DNA of 64,000 nt from Camelus ferus (Eukaryota). The notes below the pieces were generated by a model. That model made no database searches and was not told the origin of the DNA. It saw only the letters and a list, made by a program, of their open reading frames with translations. Shown in pieces: positions 24,973-38,934 of this stretch (positions within the stretch are counted from its first letter, which is position 1; each line of letters opens with the position of its first letter). The position numbers and the translations under genes are program-made. The DNA lies in contig NC_045697.1 in assembly GCF_009834535.1 (NCBI RefSeq), positions 49,726,001 to 49,790,000 on the forward strand. Direction: 5' to 3'.

Positions 24973-27900
24973 ATTATATTGAAACAGTGTTTTATAGAAA
25001 AATTTTTCCAAAGTTATCTCTTTTTGGCTTAGTTAGAGCAATATAGTCTTACAATATGAAAGAAATCCTTTCTTTTCAGGTATTCTTCCATAAGAGTAAT
25101 TGGGAAAAATGTAAAATAATAGAACTCTTCTAAGCCTTAAGAAAACCATCAGAATTGAAAATAATTTTGTTTTGGTTGCTCCAAATTATTTTTCGAAGGA
25201 TAGTGTATTCATTCAGTCAGCAAATATTTAGTGAGCAACTGTTATGTGCTGGATATATAGTTCAGGATGCTTTAGAGGCAACAGTGAACAATATAGACAA
25301 ATACCTGCCCTTGTAGTGTTACATTCTAGTGTTCTTCATACTTAACTAGCTTTTTCCTTGTTTTTCTTTATGTATACGGTGGTTGTCTTTGTTGTAAATG
25401 AGGTGTGGATTCTTTCTTTCCTAAATGCTCAGAAGTAGGTATGGATGAGTAGAAGTGGCATGGAATGTAACTTTTTGGGGGGACTTGTGATAGAATTAAT
25501 ACACTTCTTAATTCAGGAACATGGTACACAAAAATGTTTGATGATCCTGTACTTGTTTTATAATAGTGTCCTAGTATCCAACTTAGCTTGTTTATAAAAA
25601 GCGTTAGGTTAGGAAGTAAAATGTATATGGGTCAGTTGACAAGTATATTTTAAACACCAATTATATTTCTAACTTTGAGCTAGTTAAATCTGTGAATAAG
25701 GAAGATAGCCTTATAACTAGAAACATTTCTGTTACATTTATTTCTTTTGTTGAAATCTCTTTACTTGGATACAGGCAGCAGTATTGATTTCCAGCTTTGG
25801 GCCCAGGTCTTCTTTATTCTATCCTGCCTTCCTGTCTTCCGTGTTCTGCTCTGTGTTCTCTCCTTTTGTCCATTTCCTTGGCCTGGGTAGAGCACTAGTG
25901 CTGATCTTGGTTTGGGGAAGGAGTGGGGTATCTTGCTAGGTATTAGCAGTCAGTATACAGATAAGGAAAGACTAGTTTTCAAGTTGTATTACTTGTCTGT
26001 TATCTCCTCCTGCTAAATAATTTAAATCATATTGTTGCGTTTAACCATAGAATCATTGAATCTTTGAGTAGGAGTGAGTATATAATAGTAACAGAGCTCT
26101 GTTTTGAGCATCTACTGTCTGCCAGGCTTACACATTAGCATTAATCATAATTCTGTAGGGAGGTGTTATCTTCATTTTATTCAATGAGAAAGCTGAGGTC
26201 TAGAGGTTAAGTGACATGCTTGAGTAAGTGACAGGTACTCATTTTTGGAACTGGGACTCAAAGATTCAGGTGTGTGACCCCAAACCCACTATACCATGCT
26301 GCCTTTGACTCCATCTTCCATTTTGCTAAACTACCCTTGATAGCTAAGTCATATATCCTGGAGGAACTCATGATCTGATAGACCTTCGATTTTTAGATGT
26401 CTTTTAATTCAAAATTTGGTTACTTATGCCTTCAACTCAGGATCTAAATTTATCCAACATAATGCAGAGTTAGTATGTAATCGCTGTATATGATGTCCAG
26501 TCATGTGGTTGAAGCGGTTTTCAGATGCCCTTGAAGTCTGTAGTACCAAGGATTTCTTCAGGGATTTGTCAATGATGTGTCAATTCAGTGCTTAAAATCC
26601 TTCAGCAATTCTCATTCACAGTCAGAAGCTCCTTAGCATTTAGTATGTAATACCTAAAATGGAAAAAATCTTATTTTTTTTTTTTGACTTTTTCTGATTC
26701 AAAAATATATTGTAGGAAATAGGAAGAGAAGGTGAAAAACTCATAATCTCATCTTCCAGACATAACTACTGTTAACATTTTAACAGATAACTTCATTTCT
26801 TTACTTGTTCATAGAGACTTTGAAAAAGCTTGCAAGGAATGTTAAACACTTAGTCTGATTTTGGGTACGATGGTATGGTAGAATTGTGTGTCCCTGAAAT
26901 AAGTCAGATTGCCCTGCCACAGAATTTTATGTGCAGTGTACTTATTTTAAAAACTAGTGACTCAGTATGTGTATGAATTTCTTGATGCACAGAAGCTTGT
27001 TGGCTCCTTTTATCTTTAACGGAATGTGTGTCAAGTTTGTTTTTTATCTCATGTAGTTTTCTAGAGTCTTCTCAGCTCATATTTGAAGAAGTAGTATTTT
27101 CATGGTGTCATAGATTTTAAACTGAATTTTTTCACTAAAACCTATTTTCATATTGTATACATATTTTAAGAAATTTTTGGTCATGAATCAAAATGGATGT
27201 CAGTAGTAAGGAGTCAACATCACTTATAAGTGTTTAATACTTAATAGGTGTTCAGTAGTAAATAAATCAATTTGAAAATGAATTAATTTGAAATGTGGAT
27301 GTTCAAAAGTCTATGCCATTTCTTTAAATAATCATCTCTGCTGTAGTTCTCTTACAGTTTTTGCTTTTGGCATTAGTTCTCTGAATTTATTTTTTACTAG
27401 GTGGACTTGTTTCTTACTGTCATCTTCATGTGGATTTTTCCCTTGTGCTTATCCCTTTGGATTATATGCCTCCTTTGGATTATATGCCACCTTTGGGCAG
27501 GTCTGCTTTTTTTGTTTGTTCTTACACATCCCTTTTTGTTCCTGTAGTAGTTTAGTGCCAACCTGGTTATCTTCCATCTGGTTTCAGTTTTTTCTCCCCT
27601 CATATCCATCCTGCCAGATCACTATTCCTGAGATTAAACTTGTTATAATTTTGGTCAAAATAATGTACATGTTTCCTACTGTGTTTTTGATTTAGACCAG
27701 ATTCCTCACTTTGAAGACTTTACAATGTTTTTCCAATTTTATCTTTCAGTGTTATTTTTCTTTATTCGTTTACATACGTTTCTTAAACACACCTCCTTTG
27801 AATTTTTGGTCTTTGCCTTTGCACACATGGTTCCCTCATGGAATGATTGTTCTCAGAAAAATGTAGTTGTCAAAGAATAAAGAAGACCTGGGCCCAAAGC

Positions 27901-30900
27901 TGCCTCTTCTTCCTAGTCCAGCTCAAAGTTGACCTTTTCCATGAATGCTAATTAACATCCCAAACTCTTTTGTAACCTCTCCCTCTTCTAAACTAGAGCA
28001 CTTTGAGTCTTAAAAAGACCTGGCATTTACTTTTATGATTGTTCAATTTTTGCCTTTCCCCTTGTCGTCTCCGCATTGTATATGAAAAAGTATGTAAAGC
28101 TTCTCATGGACAAAGTTGGGTGGGGTGAGGATACAACCAAAGCCTCTGAAAGCCCTCTAGCAGTTGACTCGTGGAGGCCACATGCTGGCAAGAACTGCAG
28201 CGCACGCCCAGGTGGAGGTAAGCCAGGTGGGCTGTGGCCGCACACTAACCCAGTGGGGTTGGGGGTGAGAAAGAGCCTGTTACGTTTTGAGGGCAGTGGT
28301 GGAGCTTCTCATCTCTTAAAATACCTTGTCATAAGAATTTGTTGAATTTCTGGTGAAGTTAAAAAAAAACCAAAAAAAAAAAACTTGTTCCCAAGTGTTA
28401 CTGTATATAAAACTTTGATAGAAATGTGTGTGTGTGTGTACATGTATGTGCAAAAATTCCTTAAGAAGACCCTGAAAAGTGTTTAGTCCTAGAAGATACT
28501 GACTGAAATGTGATGGGGTTATATGTTTCTCAGACTAGAAGACAGGAATCAAGTCATGCTGGAATCTGGTCAATAGGTTCATCTGTCCGTTTGTCCCATT
28601 TAACAAACATTTATTTTGCACCAGTTATGTGCCAGGCACAATATCTAGACTGGGGCCATTAAAAAAATGAGTGAGACAGTAAATAACCTCAAGTTGTTCC
28701 TGGCCTAGGAAAGGTGAGTGTGTGACTGGTGGTGCTGCGGGGGTGCTTTTGCTGATTTCTAACTGAGTCAAGTGGCTCAGTAAGTCCAGCCTTTCAGAAA
28801 CAGCTTCTCCAGGACAGCTTTTCGGCTTGGTTCTGCCACGCAGGGACCACAAAAATACGGTCTTTGGGAGGTTTGTAAACCTGTAACTTATGTGTTCTCT
28901 ATTTTAGAATAAGTGAAACTTAAACTCCTATGAATGTCAACTAACAGGCCCACTCTGATCTGTGATACACAGAGTCCCCGGTGTAATGCCTGACGTTCCG
29001 CGGTTCATTAGGATTGTTCTTGTCCAGATTTTGTTGCCGAGCATCTTCTCTTGTAAACCTCTGATCTGGATCAAAGCGTCAGGCTGGTTGCACTTTGTTT
29101 TCCCCTCAGGGGCAAACAACATGATATTCAAACGAGTCAAAACTTCCCTTAATCACTTACATGCTTTCAACTGTTTTGTCCCATTTTCACTTTTTGTCCT
29201 TTTCGCCATCTTGCATATCCTCTTTTTCTAGAGTCAGAATTCAGAATGAGCTAAGTGTGGGAAACATTCCTGTCGCCTCTGTGGAAGCTGTTGTAATTTC
29301 AGCCTTTGCTGCTCATCCTCTTACATAGGTGGGTTTTGTGTTGTGAGGTTTAAATAAATTCTAAAGCACTAATGATAGTGCCTGTGCATGACTGGGCCCT
29401 CAGTAGACACACTCTTCCCATTTGCAGCATTCAGTGATCTCCAGTGTGTGCTCCCATTGAACTGTGCCAGTGTGTCCAGTGACTGAAACAGTCTAGCCTT
29501 ACCATAATTACCTAGGCTCTGGTTGAGGAGGGTTTGGAAGTCTGCCCAGGGACAAATGGCCTGCAGTGGATTGGGCTTTGCTTTTTTCTCTGCCTGGAAG
29601 GCCTCCCTAAACCATGAGGTTCTCCTAGCTCCATACTGGGAATGTGGGTCTGTTCCATTCAGCCTGCATCCCAGTGCTCTCCAACCCCTTGGACATCCTC
29701 CTTACCCTGCCCAAGACCTGTTAGACTCATTTTTTCTATTGAGGACAGGAACCAGTTCCTCTGTCCTTCATGAGGAAGTTTTTTTTTTTCCCTCTCCAGC
29801 AAGTGAACCAGGCTTCAGATTTGGAACATCCTGAGTGGCTCTGCTCAGCTGACTGGCTGGTTGGTGGATGAATTGGTCTGGCTGTACAGGCCTCAAACTT
29901 CTTAGAGGGAGAGTTGCTCTCTGTAAAAGCAGCTGATGGATTTTAGTGAGGTGGTGATGAAAGATTACTTTTGGTGTCCTTGTAATACATTTTGAATTCT
30001 CAAAAGAACAAAGTTGTTCCTAAATTTAGAAGGGAAAGGATCTTTTAAACCTCAGAATAGTTTTATTGTGGATGGGAGAATTGGATTACTTCCTAATTTT
30101 TCTGCTTAGCACAGGGCAAGTAGTTTTCCTGGCAATCAGTTTTCTTTTAGGTAAGAGCAATGATACCTAATAATAACTCTTCATACATTTAAAGAAGTAA
30201 CCCCGCTCCCAATTAATAGTCATAATTATTTCTTAGGCAGTAGAGCAGAGTGGTGAAGGACATGGGCTCTGGAGACAAATTGCTGGGATTTGCATCCTGG
30301 CCCTGCCATTTACTTGCTGTGTCACCCTGGGCAACTTACCTAACCATTCTGTGTTTCATGGGTTATTTGTGGAGATTGACTCTACTTAGTAAATGGTTGA
30401 GATGCAGATAGCTACATCTGCTGCATCCTGAGATTCTCTGCTTGGCTCCCTTTTTCCTTTTCTATTTTGTTACCATTCAGCTACACATACTGATTGGATT
30501 TTCATTCTTTACCTTTACTGTCTTGCTGGAATTAAGCCCTATAAATTTCCTCCCCTCTCTGATTTATGCTTTTACATCTGGATAAGATGATTGATAGCCT
30601 ATGGACAAGGATGCTGGAGAATCCTGCAGAAAAAATAAACCCAGAGTACCTTAAACTTTGTTTCCTGACAGCAGAGGGTGCCACAATGTTTCTGGTGACA
30701 GGAATCTTTTGTGCAGAATGATTTTTTTTTCCCTACCTGGTACTGAAAAGTAAGAGCTTTCCCTGGATACTGACAGGACTTTTATTGTCCATTATATAAT
30801 AATGACATAAACCAACATCAGTGATGCATAGTCTTTGAACAGTTTTAAAATTTAATTAAGTATTTCTGTCACTACCATATTTCATATCTGCCTGTTTGTA

Positions 30901-31217
30901 TTCCTTGGGCTAGGTTTGTAAAGGTAGAGTATTGTCAAGGACAATGTTATCTGCTAATGTTACGTCCTTATACATTTTGGAATGGGCAAGGGGGAGGGAG
31001 GAAGAATGATGAGCATTAAGAGGTAGAGGCAGCAGTCTGGGAGCAGACAGCACGAATGCTGGAGTGAGGCAAATTTTGGTGCCAAGGGGAATCTGCAAGC
31101 TGAGCAGGGGCAGATGGATGATAGTTCTAGGCAGAAAAGTGCTGTTTGGCTTGCTGATAATTGGGAACTGATCAGAGCCAGAGAAACAAATGTGCATACC
31201 AAGGGGGACCCAAAGTA

Positions 31218-31752
31218 TAGCAGATGGAGTTTTCTAAGATGGCTGCAACAAGATCTTCCTTCCACATGCCCATCTTCCGGTGTGACATTGACACTCCTTT
31301 CATCAGGACATGGGACCTGCCTTCCTCCCCTTGAATGTGTGCGGCCAGTGACTATAGTTGAAGTTATGTTTTCTAAACTAGGTTATAAAGGTGGTAGACT
31401 TGCAACCTGGGATATTATGGGGAGACTAGCTCTTGGAACCTCACCACTATGCAATGAGGAAGCCTGGTCACATGGAGAACGCATAAGTGGATGTTCTGGC
31501 TGACAGCCTCAGCTGACATCCCCACCAACAACCAGCATGGATTGCCAGACTTAGGAGTGAGGAGGCCTTCTGATGGTTCTGGTCTCAATCAGTACCACCT
31601 TCTGATTGTAACTATGTGACAGACTGGGTGAGAGCAGCCCAGTTCAACCTAGTCAATCCTAAGAACCATGAGTGATAATAAGAAAATGATTGTTGTTGCT
31701 TTAATCCACCAAGTTTTGGGGTGATTTGTTACCCAGCAATAGTAACTGAAAT
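31218..31752 (+). mobile_element. MaLR LTR (MLT1-type)
   Basis: Ends with AGTTTTGGGGTGATTTGTTACCCAGCAATAGTAACTGAAATA. Confidence 0.7.
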
Positions 31753-32189
31753 AAGAAGTTAAGATTAGCCAGAGGGTCTGGGATAAGAGAGTTAAATCAA
31801 GGCTGAACTTCCAAAATAAAAGCTAAACAGTGTAGAGGAGTTTGAGCATAGATGAAGGATGGAGTTGGATGGGGTAGGTAATAAGGGAGTCTGTCAGGGC
31901 TCTGTGATATGGCAGACTACTTACTATCTTGTTCTAATAGTAAGCCCAGTTGTAGCCTCATCCACTTTCCTTCTAACTTTTTATCATGGAAAATGTTAGA
32001 CACACAAAAGTGGAGCAACTAATACAGTGAACCCCATATTCACTGTGCGGTTTTGACATGATCAACTCATGGCCAACTGTTTTTATTTATACCTTTATAT
32101 GCTTTCCCCATCACATTATTTTGAAGCAAGTCTCAGTCATAATATTATTCCTACATATTTCAGTATAGCTCTAAAAGATAGAGTATTTA

Positions 32190-33994
32190 TTCATTTATTT
32201 ATTTTAACATTTTTATTGAGTTATAGTCATTTTACAATGTGTCAAATTCCAGTGTAGAGCACATTTTTTCAGTTATACATGAACATACATATGTTCATTG
32301 TCACATTCTTTTTCACTATGAGCTACTACAAGATCTTGTATATATTTCCCTGTGCTATATACAATGTAATCTTGTTTATCTATTCTGCATATGCCTGTCA
32401 GTATCTACAGATTTTGAAATCCCAATCCGTCCCTTCCTACCCTCCTCCCCCTTGGCAACCACAAGTTTGTATTCTATGTCTATGAGTCTGTTTCTGTTTT
32501 GTATTTATGTACTTCTTTTTTTTTTTTTTAAGATTCCACATATGAATGATCTCATATGGTATTTTTCTTTCTCTTTCTGGCTTCACTTAGAATGACATTC
32601 TCCAGGGACATCCATGTTGCTGCAAATGGAGTTATGTTGTCATTTTTATGGCTGAATAGTATTCCATTGTATAAATATACCACCACTTCTTTATCCAGTC
32701 ATCTGTTGATGGACATTTAGGCTGTTTCCATGTCTTGGCTATTGTGCTGCTATGAACATTGGGGTGGAGGTGTCTTTTTGAAGTGGGGTTCCTTCTGGCT
32801 ATATGCCCAGGAGCGGGATTACTGGGTCGTATAGTAAGTCTATTCCTAGTCTTTTGAAGAATCTCCATACTGTTTTCAGCAGTGGCTGCACCAAACTGCA
32901 TTCCCACCTGCAGTGTAGGAGGATTCCCTTTTCTTCAGAGCCTCTCCAGCATTTGTCATTTGTGGACTTTTGAATGATGACCATTCTGACTGGTGTGAGG
33001 TGATACCTCATCATAGTTTTGATTTGCATTTCTCTGATAATTAGTGATATTGAGCATTTTTTCATGTGCTTATTGATCATTTGTATTTCTTGGAGAATTG
33101 CTTGTTTAGGTCTTCTGCCCATTTTTGGATTGGATTGTTTGTTTTTTTCTTATTAAGTCGTATGCGCTGCTTATATATTCTGGAGATCAAGCCTTTGTTG
33201 GTTTCATTTGCAAAAATTTTCTCCCATTCCGTAGGTTGTCGTTTTGTTTTACTTAGTGGTTACCTTTGCTGTGCAGAAGCTTGTAAGTTTCATTAGGTCC
33301 CATTTGTTTCTTCTTGCTTTTATTTCTATTGCTTGGGTAGACTGCCCTGGGAGAACATTTTTGAGATGTATGTGAGATAATGTTTTACCTATATTTTCTT
33401 CTAGGAGGTTTATTGTATCTTGTCTTATGTTTAAGTCTTTGATCCATTTTGAGTTTATTTTTGTGTATGGTGTAAGGGAGTGTTCTAGCTTCATTGATTT
33501 ACATGCTGCTGTCCAGTTTTCCCAACACCATTTGCTGAAGAGACTGTCTTTATTCCATTGTATATTCTTGCCTCCTGTGTCGAAGATTAGTTGACCAAAA
33601 GTTTGTGGGTTCATTTTTGAGCTCTCTATTCTGTTCCATTGGCCCATATGCCTGTTCTTGTACCAATAGCATGCTGTTTTGATTACTGTAGCTCTATAGT
33701 ATTGTCTGAAGTCTGGGAGAGTTATTCCTCCAGCCTCTTTCTTTTTCTTCAGTAATGCTTTGGCAGTTCTAGGTCTTTTGTGGTTCCATATAAATTTTAT
33801 TATGATTTGTCCTAGTTCTGTGAAATATGTCCTGGGTAATTTGATAGGGATTGCATAAAATCTGTAGATTGCCTTGGGCAGTGTGACCATTTTAACAATA
33901 TTGATTCTTCCAATTCAGGAGCATGGGATATCTTTCCAGTTTTTTAAGTCTTCTTTAATTTCCTTTATCAATGGTTTATAGTTTTCCATGTATA
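32190..33994 (-). mobile_element. Relatively young 5'-truncated L1 (ORF2 C-terminus and 3' UTR), frameshifted
   Basis: ORFs of 213, 107 and 91 aa with L1 ORF2 motifs ([31 protein letters not shown]). Confidence 0.93.
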
Positions 33995-34539
33995 AGACTA
34001 TTTAAAATACATAACCACAATGCTATTATCACACCTAAAGCCATGAAAAAATGAACAATTATATCTATATCTCTCTTCCTATATATATCTCCCTATATAT
34101 ATCAACTTTTATGTTTAAATCAGAATCTGAATAATATCAATAATACCAGTATTGTCATAAAAATATAATACAATCTACATATGGATTTTAAATTCTAATT
34201 AAAAAAGTAAAAATAAAATTAACTTTAATATGTTTTATTTAATCTATTTAATCTGTTTTACTTGATCTAGAAGCTTGGGCAGATTTAAATTTTTCAAGAA
34301 TACTTGTAGGTTATGTTGTGTTTTTCCATTAGAAGGCACATAATGCCTGGCAGCCATTAGTGAATATTGTCTTATATCTATTACTGTATTAGGGTTGAAG
34401 ATTATTTATTTATCTTTTATTTATTAGCCTGACATGGCTGTAAGGAGAAAACTCCCCTCATCAGTTTGATAATGTAAATAACAATTGTGACTTGATATTT
34501 TCATTTTGTAAACTGTTGCTTTAAAATATATAAAAATAA

Positions 34540-34640
34540 GGGGGAGGGTATAGCTCAGTGGTAGAGCACATGCTTAGCATGCATGAAATCCTGGGTTTAA
34601 TCCCCAGTACATCCATTAAAAAGAAAAGAAAGGAAAAAAT
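34540..34640 (+). mobile_element. tRNA-derived SINE (Vic-1-like)
   Basis: GGGGAGGGTATAGCTCAGTGGTAGAGC head and A-rich tail. Confidence 0.85.
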
Positions 34641-35322
34641 ATTTTTTTAATTGTATAAAAATTGGTAAAAATGCCTCCTTGTTTTGTGGTGAGAGTACTA
34701 TGCAGATGATAGTTTTTCTTAAAATAAGATTATTTTTGTTTCATATGAGTGACACATGTTCATGATAGAAAATATAGAAAAGTAGAAAGAAGAATAGAGA
34801 GAAACAGTGTCCTTGGATTATATAACCCAAAGACAACCCTGTGAACATTTTAGTCTATTTCTCACAATCTCTTCTCTAAGCTTTAAAAAATATGCTCAAT
34901 TTTGATCATAGTGTCATGCATATTTGTATCCTGCACTTCTTCATATAACAGAGCAAACATGCTCATAACAGTACAGTCTCTCTGTAAACATCATTTAAAT
35001 GTCTTGCACAATATTTCAGTTTATAGATGTTAAGCATTTAGAGTGTTGTTGATATGTTTTCATTTGTAAATGTGCTGTGATGAATAGTGATGTATTTCAC
35101 TCTTCTGTGTTTCAGAGACCATCTCAGGAAATGCAGTTTATTTCAAAAAGCTATGAAAAGTTAGCATGCAATGTAGCATAACAAAATCAAATAAGAACTC
35201 CACAATCTGAGAAATACTCAGTCAATCACCAAATATTTGTTGAATTTCTGCTGTGCCTCACTTTAGGTACTGGGATAAAGTGATAAACAAATAGACGTGG
35301 TCTCTCCTCTCATGGGGCTAAG

Positions 35323-35680
35323 AAGTTGAGTCTCTCTATCCATGGATTCTGCGTCTGTGGATTCAACCAAACACAGATCAAAAATATTGGGAAAAATATT
35401 TCAGAAAGTTCCAAAAGCAAAGTGGAATTTGCTGCACACTGGCAATTATTTACACAGAATTTACTTTGTATTTATAGCTATTTACATAGTATTTGCATTG
35501 CATTAGATATTACAGATAATCTAGAGATGATTTAAAGTATATAAGAGGATGTGCATAGGTTATATGCAAATACTATGCCATTTTATATAAAGGACTTGAG
35601 TACCCTTGAATTTTGGTAACCATTGTGGGGTGGGTGGGGGTCGGATGGTCCTGGAACCTGCAGATACCAAGAGACAACTG
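35323..35680. mobile_element. MER2/MER2B-like Tigger MITE inserted in an L2
   Basis: TIRs AGTTGAGTCTCTCTATC ... GATACCAAGAGACAACTG; GGATTCAACCAA block. Confidence 0.75.
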
Positions 35681-36009
35681 TGTTTCAGAGTGTGTATTGG
35701 AAGACAAACAATAAACAAGTAAATATTATTTTAGACAGTGATAAATACAATGAAGGAAACAACACATGGAGGGGCTACTTTAGAAAGATTATTTCTTTAT
35801 GGGGTCTCTGGCTAGAGACTAAGTTTGGAACAGTTGGAAGTATGGGAAACAAGGATGATGGCAGCAAAAAATAGGACAGCAAAGTGTATGAACATTCCAT
35901 TGGTAAGAGAAAGAACAAATATTTTGGAATTAAAAAAGGTGTTCCAAAAAGAATCTTAAAGTGAGAATCTGCTAGTTTAAATCTGCCAGGCATGAAAAAG
36001 ACTCAGCAT

Positions 36010-36770
36010 CACAAGCCATCAGGGAAATGAGAATCAAAACCACAATGAGACACTACTTCACACCCACAAGGATGGCTATGATCAAAAAGACAGATAACAA
36101 GTGCTGGTGAGTAGGCGAAGAAATTGGAATCCTCAGACACTGATGGTGGGAATGCGATATGGTACCATTTCTTTGGAAAACAGACTGGCAGTTCCAAAGG
36201 TTAAACATAGAGCTACCAGCAATTCTACTTCTAGGTGTATACCCAAGAGAAATGAAAACATATGTCCACACAAAAATGTGTACATGAATATTCATAGTAG
36301 CATTACTCATGTTAACCAAAAAGAAACAACCTAAATGTCTACTATCTGATGAGTGGATAAACAGTGGTATAACCATATAATGGAATATTATGCAAACATA
36401 AAAAGGAGTGAAGTGCTGATATGTGTTACAACATGGATGAACCTTGAAAACATTTAGCTAGATGGAAGAAGCCAATCACAAAGGGCCACATATAATATGA
36501 TTCCATTTATATGAAATCCAGAATAGACAAATCCATAGAGACAGAAAGTAGACTGGTGATTGCCAGGGCCTGGGAGAAGTGAGATGGACAGTGACTGTTG
36601 GTGATTATGGAACTTCTTTTTGGAGTGATAAAAATGTTCTAAAAATTGATTGCTGGTAATAATTGTGCAACTACATGAATATACTAAAAAGCATTGAATT
36701 GTATACTTAAAATGGGTAAATTTTGTGATTATGTGAGTTATATCTCAATAAACCTGATATTAAAAAAAAT
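36010..36770 (+). mobile_element. L1MB-like 3' end
   Basis: AAACCACAATGAGACAC ... TATATCTCAATAAA and A tail. Confidence 0.85.
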
Positions 36771-36999
36771 CTGTTAGCACCACACTCAAAAATATTTCCA
36801 GATAAAATGATATGATGCCTGGGATTTCCTTCAAAATACTCTGTTATTGGGAATAAGGTTCTAGATGAAACAAGATTGGCCATGATTTGGTAATTGTTGA
36901 AGCAGAGGCATGGGTATGAGGGAGTTATTTAAAGACCTTTGGTTCTAGGGTAGTTATTGCAGGTCATAACCATGAGAGTCAGAATGGCTCTGTTAATAG

Positions 37000-37210
37000 C
37001 CAGGCCTCTGGAGGCAGCTATTGTATTTTAAATCCTAGCTTTGCTATGTGACTCTGAATAAGTCATATAACTTCTTTAAGCCTCAGTTTCCTCATCTTTA
37101 AAATGGAGGCATAAAGCACCCACCTAGGGATGTTGTCAGAATTAAATAAGTTAATATCCACAAAGTGCTTGGAACATTGTCTGATACCTAGTAAGCATTA
37201 TGTATGTTTA
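37000..37210 (+). mobile_element. MIR SINE
   Basis: GCCTCAGTTTCCTCATCTTTAAAATGG core. Confidence 0.75.
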
Positions 37211-38661
37211 CCTTTTCATTACAAAGGAGAAGGAAGCTGGTTGCAACCCACTAAATTGATTTTATGACAAGGAATTCACTTTTGGCAACATCATTGCCAT
37301 CTTGGAGCTCAGCTATTTCCATCTCAAAATCCATTTTACTTTATATTTCTGGTATCTTGTGCATAAGGATGGTGTTAACACCTGCACCTCTGTCCTCTTG
37401 CTTCCCTGAGTGTGGATGTCCTCAGTGTAATGAAATATGTTGGTTTGGGGACATGACCATCTCACTCGAGTGAAACCATTTTGATTGACTGCACATAGTT
37501 GATCACAAACAGAATGAGTTCTTCCCTGTTTTTAAAGAAAGTACTTTATCTTCCCTTTCTTCTCACTTTAAAATTGAGAATATGCTTTTGCTTTTGAAAC
37601 ATTTGCACTTGCTATTCCTCTGCGGGGAGACAAGTGCTGTTAACACGCCCAAAAGAAAGTGCTGCTCAGATGCTCAAGTAGATCAGGAACTGATGGGCAG
37701 TCTGTCCTCCTCAGTCTGCTGTTCCCAGACACTTAGCATCGTTTGTCAGATGCCCTGGGAATAAATTTCCATAGAACGTGTTGAAATAGGCAGGTCCCCT
37801 CTGGCTGCTGTTCAGTGCCACCTTACACTTACAGCCGACCCTCGCAGCGATTTTCCTGCTTGCAGTGGAGTGGGAGGAGGGAGGAGATAATTGTACTTCT
37901 CAGCCTGTCATTATGTTAAGTGTTTTCTGCTCTGGTGCTTGAAAATTCTCTCTCTGCCCTGAAAGCATGCTGTAGCTCCAGTTAGAGGGCTAGGTTCAGG
38001 TTCTCTTATCTCTACATTGATGGGTACTTTTGGTGTCATATTTGTCCTTATTAGGAAAGATTTTCCACTGTCTTTTCCTCTGTGACTGAAGCATGACTTT
38101 GGTTCTGACTCTGGCCTTGGGAAGGGTCCATGGACGACCTCCATGGAGATATTCTTAACTTTGCAGCAGGGGGCATCAACTTTTCCTTGCCATCCGCTAA
38201 CCTATCTCTCACCCACTTTCAACCCCATGAACCCTAGACATGCATCCATTCCTTTAACTGTTCAGTAAGCATTTATTGATTTTTCCACTACTTGTAGAAT
38301 GCTAAACTCAAGGCTTTGGGGTCTCCACAAAAATGATTGAAGGAAGAAAGATGGAAAAGTAGTTCTTGTCTTTGGGGAAAACCAATTTTCTAGTTGGAGA
38401 ACTAAAATGTATATGTAAACTTTTCATAGCAAATTATCAGTGTCTTGGAACACTTTTCTTGCTTATATTTGTAACATTTATAATATCTTCTATCAGGCAT
38501 TGTAATTTTCCATGTGTAATAGAAACTTCCCCTGTCCTTTATTCTACTTCTTCTCTTTATTCGAATCCTCCTCTATGAGACTCAAGCTCTTTATTTTGAT
38601 GCTTCTGTATCCTTCACCTACCCTGACACATGCCCCCACATGGCAAGTGTGTTTCCCTTAC

Positions 38662-38717
38662 TCCTTCCTTCCTTCCTTCCTTCCTTCCTTCCTTCCTTCC
38701 TTCCTTCCTTCCTTCCT
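38662..38717. repeat. (CCTT)n microsatellite
   Basis: About 14 perfect tetranucleotide units. Confidence 0.95.
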
Positions 38718-38934
38718 GGTATTTGGATTGTGGTAAAGATTTTATGTAGAGCATTGATATACTTAGGATTACTCTTTTAGGTTTATCAGACCAACATGGC
38801 TTCACGTTGGCCCCTAGTCCCATCCTGGCAGGAGGTGGAGAGGCACGAGATGAGCTTGAAGACACGAGCCAAGTCAGATGATGTAGCACTCTGTTGGCAT
38901 ATGAAGTTTGGATTTTATCCAGAAAGTAACAGCT

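Noticed and set aside
33249..33890. 213-aa ORF, the longest in the window
   Set aside because: C-terminal fragment of L1 ORF2 in a truncated, frameshifted copy; not a host gene
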